A stretch of DNA of 64,000 nt, taken from NCBI RefSeq assembly GCF_020745735.1, contig NC_083401.1, forward strand, positions 167,390,018-167,454,017, read 5' to 3'. The notes under the pieces are model-generated. The model was not told the DNA's origin, searched no databases, and saw nothing but the letters and a program-made list of their open reading frames with translations. Both the position numbers and the translations under genes were made by a program. Source of the stretch: Hemiscyllium ocellatum (taxonomy: Eukaryota). This document shows positions 1 through 13,650 of this stretch, piece after piece (the first letter of the stretch is position 1; the number at the start of each line of letters is the position of its first letter).

Positions 1-427
1 CCAGACCCTGACCATTACTAACTTCAACTACCAACACCTCCAGAATATACTTCACTGGCTCATCCCTTCTGCCATGTGAACCTTGAGCTATAAAATACCG
101 AATGATGTCAATAATCTGCTGCTGACACTTCCAGCTTCAAACCTGTGAAGTAAATTCCAATCCATACTCCACACCCCATATTGACCTTACGCCAATCTCC
201 CATGTATCCTTTGTTCATGTACGCACTAATCTATATTGTTATTGGCTCTGGCAATGCATTTATTTAAATATACTCAGGCCAGTCCTCATATCTATACATG
301 AAATGTCCCTCAATCTCTCTCTGTGGATTACCACAGTTGTTCTTATTTAAACTGATATCCTCCAGATGTGTTCTCACTCAACCAATGACTTTCACAAATA
401 ACCACTCCCTCACCCCATCCTACACAG

Positions 428-447
428 ACACACACACACACACACAC
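428..447. repeat. (CA)n microsatellite
   Basis: Direct read of an uninterrupted CA run. Confidence 0.9.
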
Positions 448-2734
448 TTGCCTTGAAATGGTGCAATGCAGTTATAGAGAAATAAATTTGTGGAAGCCCC
501 ATTTACTGTCACTCACAACATGAGCAAGTAAAGTAGCAATATACTGTCAAAGGCTTGCACTGCTCCCCATACTGAGCAAGTACTTCAGTTAACTGAGCAA
601 CTCGCTAGCATAATCTGTACTGCTCTCCAGCCTGGGCTGTCATCTTGTCCCAGTTAATGGTGTCTAGGCTGGTTCTGTGACGCAGATTCAGAATTTGATA
701 TGAGGAACCATTTCAGCTGATCTGGCAATACCTTCATTCAATGTTCTCATTCTTGTGTTTTGCATCTTCCAAGGTCTCAGTTCTCTAGTTAGTCCCACTT
801 CACTATTTTTTCCCCATATTTCCACAACATTGTTCTCAGCTAATTAATTGTTTATTTTTATCTTTAATATGTATTCGCCTCTTCATCTTCACCACGTCTA
901 GGTTTTTGGCTCCTCAGAGTATTGAGTGCTGGCATTGTGAAGCTCAGAAACAACGAACTGCTATTGTTCATATTCTGGTTTATCCCATGTGGTGTACCAC
1001 ATTGGACAGGAGGGTTCAATAGCTTTGATGCACGTTTTTGAATTTGTTCTGATCTGTCCACTCAACGCCTGCATTTGTCCCTCTCAGCTGATCATACGGT
1101 TAGTGACATAGTGACATGAGGAAGCCTTCAAGAATTACTCAAAAGTACTAGGCATTTGACTTGTAGCTGAGTAACTTCTAACCTAGTCCTGTTATTGGAG
1201 GTCAAAGTTAACACTTCAAGTTAGTGGAAGTGCTGAGGATGACTTGCTGGAGGTGGTGCTGTGAGCTGCCTCAGACATTCAGGGAGACCTGATGGTTTGG
1301 TGACCCAACTCTGGGTGGAGCATTGGGACTGTAGTTACAGCATCTGGGTCTGTAACATGAACAACAAATGGAGTAGAGGTGACAGAAAGGCGAAGCTCTA
1401 AAACCACAGACAGTGTGAATGTGAGGGTTGGGTGGGTGGGAGATAGGATAGAGAAATGTACAATAACTGCACCAGGTTTTCCAAGAACCCAGTTAACGTG
1501 AACCTGCCCATTTTCAAATGAAGGGAAGGCATTAAGTCACAAACATGAAGAGACATTACATAATTTATTGGTACTATGTGTACTGGAATGTTCACTTTCA
1601 CCAGTTCAGACATAAGGGTTTTCCAAGAACAGCTTCCAAGCTACACTTAACCCAGGAGCAGAGAGTGAGGGGTCACTGATTGAACAAGGAGCTGGTCATA
1701 GAGCAGTGTCACCTCCTTCAACACGACCTGTAGCTTCACAGTGGGGGAGGACAGTGCTGCCAGTGGCTGTTAGGGTCACTGTGTCATTCAGCATCTATGA
1801 TCCAAAACTTTCCAGTCAGAAGTGGCTGCCAGACTTATCAACTCCCAGTATGATGACATCATTCGGTGATGGAGGTTATATGTGGTGGGTGAGGTGAATC
1901 TAATATGTTCTCCCTCAGCAGGGAGCTGCCAGGTGTACTCTTGTTTTTTTGCAGTATAGCACATTCCCAATGGTGCTCGTAGCTATGTGGGGTTCCCATG
2001 TCAGCACCGAGATGTAGAGGAACTGAAGGACCTCTTACTCCATTAATGTTGCAGTGTGCCCATGCACAGTACATCATGTTGGTGAATACCCACTGTCCTG
2101 GCAGCAGCCACAGCTTCTTCATTCAGAGGCAGTCAGCCTTTCCCATCGTATTTGGGTCTCCAATTAGAAAGATAAAAATGGCATTGGGGATAAAGAATAG
2201 CCCTTTGTTACCTAGCTCATAACCCGCTGGTCCTCACCACTCTCTCCATCCACCAACTACATCTAAATATCCGGTGTGCACTGGGAACAATGCAGCCACT
2301 GGGAAGATCACTGAAAAGACAATCAGGCAGATGAAGCAACACTTCTGATGTCTGAATGCATCAGCGTGAAACCTCCATTATTCACTGTACCATTAAACCC
2401 TGTAATCTCTCTCAATTTTTGTGATATTCTGCTTTCCATACTTCATGAAGAATAAACAGATTCACAGTTATCCATATTGTATGCCATCTGCCAAATTATT
2501 GCCTCTGACTTAATCTGTCTCCAACTATTTTCCTAATCTCTACCTCCTCTTGATAATTTAATCTCCTGTCTCTTTTTATGTCATTGTCAAATTTAGTTGC
2601 TACACATTTTGCTTCGACTTATTCAAATTATTGATGTGGATTGCAAACCCTTTGGGGCCCAGCACCAATCACTGTGTGGTTGCACTATTTTAAGTTCTGT
2701 CAGACTGATAAAGACTGAATTATCCCTAGTATGT

Positions 2735-5700
2735 ACATTTTTTGCAGCCGGAGCAGTGAAAGCGAGGACCAGTGGCTGCCTTGAAGGTAAAGTAATCCTA
2801 TAAAAACTTACCTCGTGAATGGGCAGAGCACACGCTGAGCAGGAGCGAGCACCAAACAGCTGAATAAGTGAGGTTATATATTTTACCTGAAGCACTACTT
2901 AGGTAGTGTCTCCCACACATCTTCCACATTAAACCAAAAAAAAATCTATGCGCCGGATTGGTAAGGTTACTAGTTTTCTTTTCAGTAGTCTCTTTGGGAG
3001 TTTAGAACAGTGGGAATGGATGTTAGGGGATTTGAATGCTCCTCCTGTAGAAAGTGGGAGGCCAAAGTCACCACTAGTTGTCCCTGCTGACATCATCTGC
3101 GTGAAATGCACCCAACTCCAGATTCTTGTCTGTGTTAGGGAACTGGAGATGGAGATGCAGCTGGATGAACTTCAGATCATTCGGGAGGCTCAGGGGGCAA
3201 TTGAGCGTAATTACAGGGAGGTAGTCACACCTCAGGTAGAGGAAGCGATAAATGGATTAAAGTCAGGGGACAGAAAGGGATCTGGCAAGTACTGCAGGGA
3301 TCCCCTGTAGCTGTTCCCCTCAAAAACAAGTATATCATTTTAGATACTGTTGGGGGGAGGTCGACTTAGCAGGGGTATGCCATTGGATACAGGTCTCTGG
3401 CACAGAGTCTGTCCCTGTTGCTCAGAAGGGAAGAGGCTGGAAAAGCAGAGCATTAGTCATTGGGGACTCCATAGTTCGGGGGCAGATACGAGGTTCTGTG
3501 GGAATGACAGAGACTCACAATTGGCGTGTTGCCTCTCAGTTTCTGGGGTTCGTGCTGTCTCAGTTCATGTTTTTGGGATCCTTAAAGGGGAGGGAAGCAG
3601 CCCTAAGTCGTGATCCACATAGGTAATAACGACATAGGTAGGATAAGGGATGGATGTTTTAGGCAGAAACTCAGGGAGCTAGGGTGAAAGCTTAGAACTA
3701 GAACAAGCAGAGGTATCTCTGGTTTGTTACATGTCTCACATTTTAGCGAGCTGAGGAAAAGGGAGAAACCAGATGAACATGTGCTGCAGGGATGGTGCAA
3801 GAAGGAGGGTTTCAGATACCTGGGTAATTGGGACGCTTTCTGGTGTACATGGGACCTGTACAACCGGGATGGTCTGCACCCGAACCAGAGGAGTATCAAT
3901 ATTCTGGGTTGGTGGGTGGGGGCAGGGATGTTTTTTAATGCTGTTTAGGAGGATTTAAAGTAATTTGGGCAAAGCGATGGAAACCAGAATTGTAGTTCCA
4001 GTGTTCAGGAGGTTGACAGGGGTGAGGCCATGAATAAGGTTCCAACATCACGTGAGTGTACCAGCAGGCAGAAAGGTGGATTGAAGTGTGTTTACTTCAA
4101 TGGCAGGAGCATCTGGAATAAGGTGGGTGAACTTATAGCATGGATTCGTACCTGGGATATTGATGTTGTGGCCATTTCAGACATATGGATAGACCGGGGT
4201 CAGGAATGGTTGTTGCAGGTTCTGGGTGTACAGGAAATTATGATGAATTAGGCAAGATTAAGGATGCAAAGGATAGGAAATGAAACTGCAGGGAATGGAC
4301 AAAATTGAGATTAGAGCTTGTTCAAGGAACAACCACTGCGTTTCCTTGGTAAGTATGTATCTGTCAGGCAGGAAGGAAGTACCAGAGCGAGCGAATTATG
4401 TTTTACTAAAGAGGTTGAAGCTCCTGCAAAGACAAAGAAGGAGGCTCATGTAAGGATGAGATGCGACTGCTCAGTTAAGACGCTTGAGTGTTACCAGTTA
4501 GTCAGAAAGGACTTAAAGAGTGAGCTAAGATGAGACTGGAGGGGACATGTGAATTCTTTTGGCAGGTAGGATCAAGGAAAATCTTAAATATGTATATCAG
4601 GAAGAAAAGAATGACTGGAGTACGATCGGGGTCTGTTGAGGACAGAATTGGGAATTGTGTGTGGAATCCAAAGAGATAGGAGAGATGCTAACTGAATACT
4701 TTTAGTTGGTATTCACACAGAAAAAGGAACAATGTTGTCGAGGAGAATACTGAGATACAGGCTATTAGAATAGATGGGATTGAGTTCTCATAAGGATAAG
4801 GTGTAAGCAGTTCTGGAAGGTGTGAAAATGGAATAGTTCCCTGGTGCTGATGGGATGTATCCTAGGATTCTGCGGGAAACTAGGGAGGAGATTGCAGAGC
4901 CTTTGGCTTTGAACTTCATGTCATTATTGTTGACAGGAATCGTGCCAGAAGAATGGAAGATAGCAAATGTTGTCTCCTTGTTCAAGAAGGGCAGCAGAGA
5001 CAACCATGTTAAGTATAGACCAGTGAGCCTTACTTCAATTGTGTGTAAAGTGTTGCAAAGGATTACAAGAGATAGGATTAATAATCATTTAGAAAGGAAT
5101 AATTTGATTAGGGATAGTCAACACAGTTTTGTGAAGAGTAGGCTGTGCCTCACAAACCTTATTGTGTTATTTGAGAAGGATATCAAACAGGTGAATGATG
5201 GTAAAGAAATTGATGTGGTGTATATGGATTTTAAAAAAAAGCTTTTGACAGGGTTCCACACGGTAGGCTATTACAGAAAATATGGAGGCATGGGATTGAG
5301 AGCGATTTAGCAGTTTGGATTAGAAATTGCTTAGCTGGAAGAAGACAGAGGGTGGTGGTTGATGGGAAATGTTCATCTGGAGTTCAGTTACTTCTGGTGT
5401 ACCGCAAGGATCTGCTCTGGGGCCACTGATGTTTGTCATTTTCATAAATTACCTGGATGAGTGTTTAGAAGGACAGGTTAGTAAATTTGTGTATGACACA
5501 AAAGTCGATAGAGTTGTGAACAGTGCAGAAGGATTTTGCAAGTTATAGAGGGATACAGATAAGCTGCAGAGCTGGGCTGAGAGGTGGCAAATGGAGTTTA
5601 ATGCGGAAAAGTGTGAGGTGATTCACTTTGGAAGGAGTAACATGAATACAGAGTACTAGGCTAATGGTAAGCGTTTTGATCATGTGGAAGAGCAGAGCAA

Positions 5701-6375
5701 TTTTGGTATCCATATGCATAGATTCCAGAAAGTAGCCACCCAGGTTGATATGATTGTTAAGGAGGCAGAAAGTGTATTAGTGGTTATTGGTAGAGGGGTT
5801 GAGTTTCGGAGCCATGAGGTCATGTTGCAGCTGTACAAAACTCTGGTGCAGCCACACTTGTAGTATTGCATACAGTACTGATTGGTGCATTATAAGAAGG
5901 ACATGGAAGCATTGGAAAGGGTGCAGAGGAGTTTTACAGAAAGTTGCCTGGTATGGAGCAAACGTCATATGAGGAAAGTATGAGGGACTAGACGCTGCTA
6001 TCATTAGAGAGAAGAAGCTAAAGCGGTGATTTAATAGAGACATACAAGTTCAGTGGAGGATTGGATAGGGTTGATGGTGAGAGCTTTTTTCTTTGAATGG
6101 TGATAGCTAGCATGAGGGGACACAGCTTTAAATTGAGGGGCCATAGATATAGGACAGATATCAGAGGTTCTTTACTCAGAGGGGAACAGGGGCATAGAAT
6201 TCCATGCCTGCAAAAGTAGCAGACTGACCAACGTTAAGTGCATTAAATGTTCATTGGATAAATATATGGGTGCACTTGGAGTACTGTAGGTTAGATTGGT
6301 TTCAGGTCCGTATGACAGGTTGGCACAACATCGACGGCCGAAGGGTCTGTAATGTGTTGTAATCTTCTATATTTT
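2735..6375 (+). mobile_element. Near full-length decayed CR1 LINE (ORF1 zinc-finger/coiled-coil + SGNH esterase; ORF2 RT; endonuclease largely deleted)
   Basis: ORF1-like ICVKCTQLQ..VRELEMQLDEL (2948-3310) and GDSIVRG esterase block (~3467); ORF2 RT peptides YRPVSLTSIV, QHSFVKSRLCLTNL, VDVVYMDF (4855-5310). Many stops and frameshifts. Confidence 0.9.
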
Positions 6376-6632
6376 GAGAACCACCTTTCACAATAAGATT
6401 ATTAGTAACTCCTCATCATTGCATAAAACTAAATCAAAGGTAGCCTGTTCCAAAGTTGTTTGCTCAGCATTCTGGCTTTAAAAAAACATCTTGTCCAGAC
6501 GCCAGGAATGCATTGTCACGGTTATCATATTTGTTATTTGCCAGTCTCTGTGTCGTTTCAAATTATGATTAGTTAAGCATTCTTGTTGTATGCAACTCTG
6601 ATTTTCCATCATCTCCTATCTCATCTGCACAT

Positions 6633-6705
6633 GCCTGTCTACTTCAGTCGTTGAAACAGGAGATTCTTAATCTCAGGGTCATGGGTTTGCACCCCATATT
6701 GGATG
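6633..6705 (+). tRNA. tRNA-Lys(CTT) pseudogene
   Basis: 73 nt GCCTGTCTACTTCAGTCGTTGAAACAGGAGATTCTTAATCTCAGGGTCATGGGTTTGCACCCCATATTGGATG is colinear with canonical vertebrate tRNA-Lys-CTT. Anticodon arm TTCTTAATCTCAGGGTC kept; D and T arms mutated (TTCGA to TTGCA); followed by TTTT. Confidence 0.8.
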
Positions 6706-6711
6706 CTTTTC

Positions 6712-7050
6712 GAGAGTGCATGCTGGCTCAATTGTAAGCATTGCTGCCTCACAGCGCCAGGTTCGATTTCACCTTTGGTCAATTGTCTGTGTGAGGTTTG
6801 CACATTCTCTCCGTTTCTGCGTGTGTTTTCTCTGGGTGCTCCAGTTTCCTCCCACAATCCAAAAATGTGCAGGTTAGTTGAATTCACCATGCTAAATTGG
6901 CCCATAAAGGCTAGAGATATGTAGGTTAGGTGGACTAGCTTTGGGATTTGCAGGGATAGAGTGGGGGAAATGGGTCTGGGTGGGATGACCCTTGAAGGGA
7001 CATTGTGGACTCAATTGTCCTAATGACTTGCATCCATAGTGTATGGATTC
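6712..7050 (+). mobile_element. HE1-type tRNA-derived SINE, diverged
   Basis: Same head (gcattgctgcctcacagcgccagg) and body (tttcctcccacaatccaaa..gtgcaggttag) as the 9400 copy. Confidence 0.85.
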
Positions 7051-7649
7051 TATGACCTATGAGTACTATTTGGATGTCTATGAAGAACTGTCACAGTAGA
7101 TTTCTGCACCTTGTGGCTTCCAGACAATTCCACAACAAGACTTCCTGCTACAATATTTTTTTCACTGTTGCACTCAGTCTATATTCAGAACATGCATCCC
7201 CAGATTCTAAGAGATTAAATGCCCTTTGATACTTTTGTTTCCAATACCTTCCTTTGCTTTCTATGTTCCTATCGTTCATTTTCATCTCCTAGTTGTGGTT
7301 GCCATCCTTCCAGGGAAAAAAAATGGCAAGTGATATATCACGTTATATTCCATCTGCCAAACTTTGATGCACTAGCTTTACCTTCCTATAGTCATTTGCA
7401 TACTCTCCACTTTCTCTTGAAAATTTAATGTCCTGCATATCCTCGTGTCATGGCCAAACCTAGTTAGAATACATCTGGTCCACTCCTCCAAATAGTCAAT
7501 ATTGTAAATTGCAAATAGTTCAGAACCCAGCATTGGTCACTGCATGACTCCATTGGTTATATTTTGTAAAAATGATCGAGACTGATTTATCCTGAGTGTC
7601 TGCTTCCTGTTTGGTAACCAGTCTGCCCCCATTCTTGTGTAGCACATTT

Positions 7650-8280
7650 GAAGAACTGAATATTAGAAGAAGGAACATCAGGCAGCATTTCCACCACTCG
7701 AGTCTGCTCTACCATTTAATACAATGGTGGCTGACGCCTTCTCGGTCTCTGTTCCCCTTCTCTGTCCACTCTCCATCACCCTTCATTTAATCAATGTCCA
7801 AACATAAACGGCAAACCGTGATAGTGAATTCCACATCTTCACAGAGAATTGTGAGAAGTAAATTCTCTTCACACTTGTTTCAAATCAGCTCCACCTATCT
7901 GGAAACAATGATTTCTTGATATATATTGCCATTCATGAGGAAATATCCACTCCACAACTGTATTGTCAATTGCATTTAGCAACTTACAGACCTCATTGAG
8001 ATCTCTTATTCGTCTAAACTGCAGAGAGAATAGGCCTGAGCTGTTTAATCTTTCTTCTTATGACAAACTCCTCATCTTCAGAATTAATCTCGTGAACTTC
8101 GTCTGAATTGCTTCAAATTAACTACATCCCTCCTCAGATCAGGGCACTCAATTTGTACTCAGTACTCCAGTAATGATATAACTAATGCCTTGCATAGTTG
8201 CAGCAACACTTCCCTACCTTTATACAGTATTCTTTTCTATTTATAAGCTGAAATTGCACTTGCCTTCCTCACATTTTCCC
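7650..8280 (-). mobile_element. Old CR1 3' fragment
   Basis: Reverse-complement CR1 RT C-terminus and 3' UTR phrases (gagaataggcctgagctgtttaatctttc; tgcatagttgcagcaacacttcc). Confidence 0.6.
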
Positions 8281-8399
8281 TCTTCACAACTCCCTCAATA
8301 GTTCCACGCTCTCCACCAACCCACCCTATACACACAGCATCTTCCCCTGCCCCTGCATGAGCTGCAAAATCAGAACCCACACCGCCACTGCACCCCCCC

Positions 8400-8404
<5 letters not shown>

Positions 8405-8436
<32 letters not shown>

Positions 8437-9080
8437 ACTTCTGTCCAAAGCCTTAAGGGAACATTTCAAATCTGGCAGAGATTTTCCTGCACATTCAACC
8501 ACCTCATTTACTGCATCCTACGCTTTTGATGAGGTCTCCTCAACATCAGGGAGACTGAGCTCCAACTGACAGAGTGATGCAGGGAACATCTCTGCTCAGC
8601 ATGCATTGAACAATCCCACCCCACTTTGGCCAAACACTTCAACTCCTCCTCTGACTCCCCTAAGGACATGCAAGTTCTGGCACTCTACTGCCAAATCAAA
8701 GCCACCCACCAACTGGAGGAAGAATGTCTTATCTTCTGCTTCAGGAAACTGCAACCACAAGGCATCAACATTGACTTCACCCATTTCCAAATGTCCCCAG
8801 CCCCACCTCATCCTAGATGCAACCCTCCAACTCAGCACCACCCTCTTGACCTACCTGTCCATATTCCTTTCCATCTATCTTCTCCACACTTACTGCTGAC
8901 CCAACACAATCACATCTCACTTGCATCCACTTATCACCATCTCACTTACCTTCCCTCAGCCCCATGCCCACCCCCACATTAATCACGCAGCCCCCTTCCT
9001 CCTCCACATTCCTGATGAAGGGCTTATGCCCTGCTTCTCAGATGCTGCCAGATCTGCTGAGCTTTTTCTAGCACCACACT
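8405..9080 (+). mobile_element. (CA)n tract followed by Penelope-like 3' fragment (GIY-YIG end plus partly deleted hammerhead motif)
   Basis: EEECLIFCFRKLQPQGINIDF is the C-terminal motif of these elements; ends cattcctgatgaagggcttatgccc with the GAAA part deleted. Confidence 0.7.
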
Positions 9081-9399
9081 TTCCGACTCATTATCTGCTA
9101 TACCTGCATGTAACTTCTCTGACATATGACAGAGAAGACCCAAATCCTTCTGCACCTAAGTACTTTTAAGTATCTCTCCATTTAAATAATAAATTGTCTT
9201 CCTATTACGCTGAAAAAAGAGATAACCTCATACTTATCCATGTTAAATTTTACTGCCAAATATTACCATCTTCACTTAAACAATTGAAATCAATTATTTA
9301 AATTTCTCATGTCTTCAGCACAATCGACTATTCTACCTATGTTAGCGTCATCTGAAAATTTGCCTTTAGTACTTTCTTTCCCGTCATCCAAGTAAATTT

Positions 9400-9718
9400 A
9401 TGGGCGGCACGGTGGCACAGTGGTTAGCACTGCTGCCTCACAGCGCCTGTAGACCCGGGTTCAATTCCCGACTCAGGCGACTGACTGTGTGGAGTTTGCA
9501 CGTTCTCCCCGTGTCTGCGTGGGTTTCCTCCGGGTGCTCCGGTTTCCTCCCACAGTCACAAAGATGTGCCGGTCAGGTGAATTGGCCAAGCTAAATTGCC
9601 CGTAGTGTTAGGTAAGGGGTAAAATGTAGGGGTATGGGTGGGTTGCGCTTCGGCGGGTCGGTGTGGACTTGTTGGGCCGAAGGGCCTGTTTCCACACTGT
9701 AAGTCTAATCTAATCTAA
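9400..9718 (+). mobile_element. HE1-type SINE, young full-length copy
   Basis: tgggcggcacggtggcacagtggttagc A-box, gggttcaattccc B-box, central domain and (taatc)n tail. Confidence 0.92.
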
Positions 9719-10289
9719 AACAAAGCATTGCATGTTCTTGGCATCTGAGGACCAAACTCTTTGGCACCCATAAGTTGCCAACCTGAAAATGTGCATCTAT
9801 TCCAACTCACTACATTTTCTTTTGGTTTGCCTTTGTATTCAAACTAATAAATTACTCCTAACCCAATGTGCTATTATTTCAAGGTTTGGTCATTTATGCA
9901 GCGTCTTATTCATTGGTTTCTGGAATTCCAGGTGTATTGCACCTCCAGAATCCCCATTATCCACCTTGCTTGTTACATCTTTAAAGAACTCGAGTACCTC
10001 ATTCAAACAGAATTTATTTGCCATAAAACCATGCTGCCTCAGATGGATTTTGGTTTAACTTTGGAAATCGCCTTTGATTACTTCCTTGATAATGGATTCT
10101 AACAAATTGTCTTAAATCCCAATAGTTTGCTCACGATATTTTATTCCTCCATGAAGCAGGTTATTCTAAGTTCCTTCCTTTCCATAACCTCTACCTTCCC
10201 TTTCAATTCCTGGGTAATGGGCCCAAGGTTTTAAAAGATCTGCTCTGATCGCTGTGTAAGAGGCATGAGAGGCTGAACAGACTCATTCT

Positions 10290-11080
10290 GTTGCTGGTTT
10301 ACATTCAGCCTCTCGAGACTGTAACAGGAGGAGCCCATTCAGCCCACTCTGTCTGTTTCAGAGGAACAGGAGGAGGCTTTCGATCTTGTTACATAGCAAC
10401 AGGAAGAGCCAATTCAAACTTTCAACTTTCTTGCACAAGAACAGTAGATGGTCATTCAGCCCCTCGAGCCTGACAAAAGAGGAAGATGAGAGGGCCAGTC
10501 AGCCTCTCGATCATGGGCTCAATGTATTCCTGGTGTTGCTACATTATGGCATTAATAGCTGGAATGTCTTCCTTATGTTCCTAAGTAATAGACTCAAGGT
10601 TGCTTTTTAACAGTTTGACATGCTGAAGGGCCTCCGAATATTCCTGTATAAGAAGTTCAAAACAGTGAACGCATCCTGCATCCTTGATATGGGATTAAGG
10701 GAGTGATTGGTCTTCTCATTTTTCCATTCAACAGACGCTGGCTGAGCTATATGTTTCTTTCCCATAAGAAGTCTCAAATAGTTTTGTATCCTTCTCCATT
10801 CCCACACAACACGCGTGGTGGGTTTTCTTATTTCAGTGGATAAATCTCTTGTCCTCTTCTAATTCCAGTGTTTCAGTCTTGAGGAGGCTGAATGGACTGA
10901 TCCCATTGCAGTGTAACAGGATACTAGTGCTACATGGCCTACTCTGAGTCCGGCAAGGCACTGATTTTAATTGTATATAAATTTCCAGCGGCTAGGTATC
11001 CTCGTCCTGTTCTGGAGTAACAGGGTCGGAGGCCTGAATATCGTTCAGCACTTCCTGCGTAACAGGGTCAAGAACTGAAA
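10290..11080. repeat. Two oppositely oriented degenerate arrays of a ~37-bp motif (aacaggaggag-ccattcagcc-ctcgag)
   Basis: About 5-6 copies on + strand at 10290-10515; related copies on - strand at about 10860-11080. Confidence 0.55.
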
Positions 11081-11849
11081 TGGATTCCTTCATTTAATGT
11101 GTAATTGTCTTCTATTGCTGACTGCATCCAGTCACTCATGTAGAAATAATATCATCTTTCATCCTTTTAATAGGTATTTGATCAATATGATCATCTTTTC
11201 CTCATATGTTAACATCTTTATTGCAATTGAGGGAACCATCTCTGAATTGCTTCTAATGCAACCATATCCATTCCTCAGTGAGGAGACTAAGTCTCTACAT
11301 GCTACTCCAGATGTGATCTCACTAAGATCTTGCACAGTGGCAGCAACACTTTTCCAGCCTGCTATAAGCTTGCCGCCCAGGTTCGAGCAGTCTCAGCTGT
11401 CTAGGGAATACACATCATTATTGAAAGTTCAATGTCCTTCTCCAGTCCACCAGCATAATGGGAAATCCTGTGAAAATGTCACAATGATGTTTGAGGAGAA
11501 CAGGTAAGATATACGGCGAGGTGATCTCACATTGAGAAAGGCCTCGCCAAATTATCTTGCCTGAACCTACCATAAATCTCCCCATATCCCCGTCACTTAG
11601 ATTTCACTGAATCTGGTAAAGTGGAGATTACAAACGGCAAAGTGAAGCAAACCTTGACGGGAGATGCACATCAAAGTCAAGACTGAAATAGAAATGTTGG
11701 GCATGTCGTAAAGCAGGAAATAAGATATACATGTTTGTGGGCCCTGCAGTAATAATGGTCAAATTCAAGTTTCATCTAAACTTTGTTAACCCAAGTGAAT
11801 GTTAATGCTGGGAAAAATGCATTTCGCATGTGTGGCTGAGATGGTTTGT

Positions 11850-12110
11850 TTTAACAGTAACCAAAACAGAAATACATGGAAAACATCAGCAGATCTGGTA
11901 TTGTCTGTGGAGAGAAATTCGAGTTAGCTTTTAGGGTCTAGGGACGCATCCTCAGAACTCAGAACAGAATTCTGAGGAAGGATCCCTCAAGGTGAAACGG
12001 TAACTCTGATTTCTCCACAGAGATCCTGGCAGACTTGCTGAGACTCTGAACAATTTCTACTTTCATTTCTGATTTACAGCATCTGCAGTTCCTTCAGTTT
12101 TTTATTTGAA
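11850..12110. mobile_element. Degenerate palindromic Penelope-derived short element with hammerhead-like core
   Basis: Imperfect inverted arms around ~11960-11970; right arm carries ctgaggaagg...gtgaaacg. Confidence 0.6.
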
Positions 12111-13650
12111 CAATATATTGAAAACCAAGCAAGAGTTTTGGAATTAGTGTTATGTGAAGGAGGTTTTGGGAGTAGTGATCATAATATATTGAATTTTACA
12201 TGACGCTTGAAACTGAAAAGTTTTTATTTAAAAAGAAATGATGATATATCTGAGTCATGCAAGCTATGAAAGTTTGAGGACTAAGCTGGCTTTACTGGAT
12301 TGGAAAAGTACATGAAAAAGATTTAATGGAAGATACACAATGTCTCTTATTTATAGAACCACTGCAAGGTATACAATATACATGCCTCCCTCCAAGATAT
12401 AAACAGCAAAACGGACATGTGACTCAAAGATAGTTCATAAAAGAATTTCAAAATTCGATAAGATGAAAGGAAGTGGCTTAGAAAAATGTCAGATGTTGTG
12501 GTAAGCCATGGATTCAGACATATGTAGAGCACAGCAAAGGATGACCAAAAAATGGATAAGAAAATCAAAAAGGGAACAAGAATGCAACTAACAAGAAACA
12601 CAAAAAGCGCTGAAAAACTTGAGTTGATATTTTAAAGAAAAATAAAAGCAAGGCCAAATGTGGAACAGTGAAAGTGCGAACAGAATAACTTACTGTAGAT
12701 AACAGACAAATTAGAGGGAAACTAAACAGTTGCTTTATGTCTGTTTCCATGGAGGAAGATCCAGAAAATCTCGCAGAAATACTAAGTGACCACGCGACTT
12801 GTGTAACTAAAGACTAAAATCATTCATGTCAGTAACACGATACTGTTTGAAATATAGCTGGATTGAGCATTATAAGTTTGACGGACCAGGCATACTTCAT
12901 ATCAAAATTCCGGAGGAAGCAACAATAGACACGTTGAGTGTATTGTTGTCCACTGTGTTTCTATGAGGTGACACAATTTGGAAGAAGGAACCAGACAAGG
13001 GAGTACTTGATGTGAATAGCAGCACAGTGGGAACCTCAGAGGGTGAATGTGAGGACTGCCGATACTGGATTCAGAGTCAGGATTAGAGTGGTCCACACAT
13101 CATCGAATGTGACTGGATATGTTTATAAAGTAGTAAAGAAGGTATAAGAGACAGTAGGCACCGTCTTTATTAAATGAGGCATAGATTTAAAGAGCTAAAC
13201 AGGACTCTCTTTAGGCCTAGAAGTAATACTGCAGTTCTGAGACCTACATTACAGGACGGTACGATTGCACTGGAGAAGGTGGAGAAACGATTCAACAGGA
13301 TGTTTCCCTGGGATGAAGCATTTCAGCTATGAAGAGAGCCTGGATAAGCTCAGGGTGTTTGCTTCGGAGTAAAGAAAGCAGAGAGAAATGCAATTCAGAT
13401 GCATAAAGTTACGAGAGACATAGACAGAAAGAAGCTATTCCTTTTAATCAAAGGGCCAAGAACCAGGGAGCAGATTGAGAATTAATAGTTTGAGGATTCT
13501 CGAGGAGTCGAGGATAGCTTTTTATCCAGAATGTTTTTAAGAGCCTGGAATGCACTTTCAGAGAAGGCAATGATTGCACGTAACATCATAATGTACTTTG
13601 ATGAGCAGCTAAAATGTTATACCTTCCGCAGCTATGGGCCTCATGTGGGA
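12110..13650 (+). mobile_element. Highly decayed CR1 ORF2 remnant
   Basis: Eroded CR1 phrases (gggagtagtgatcataat; cttcggagtaaagaaagcagagagaaatg; tatgggcctcatgtgggaacatgg). Confidence 0.6.

Noticed and set aside
1400-2230. Cluster of short overlapping ORFs with coding-like composition
   Set aside because: No recognisable motif or consistent splice phases; probably an old repeat remnant.
10290-10515. CRISPR-like ~37-bp periodicity
   Set aside because: Units are degenerate and contiguous with no unique spacers, and the DNA is vertebrate.
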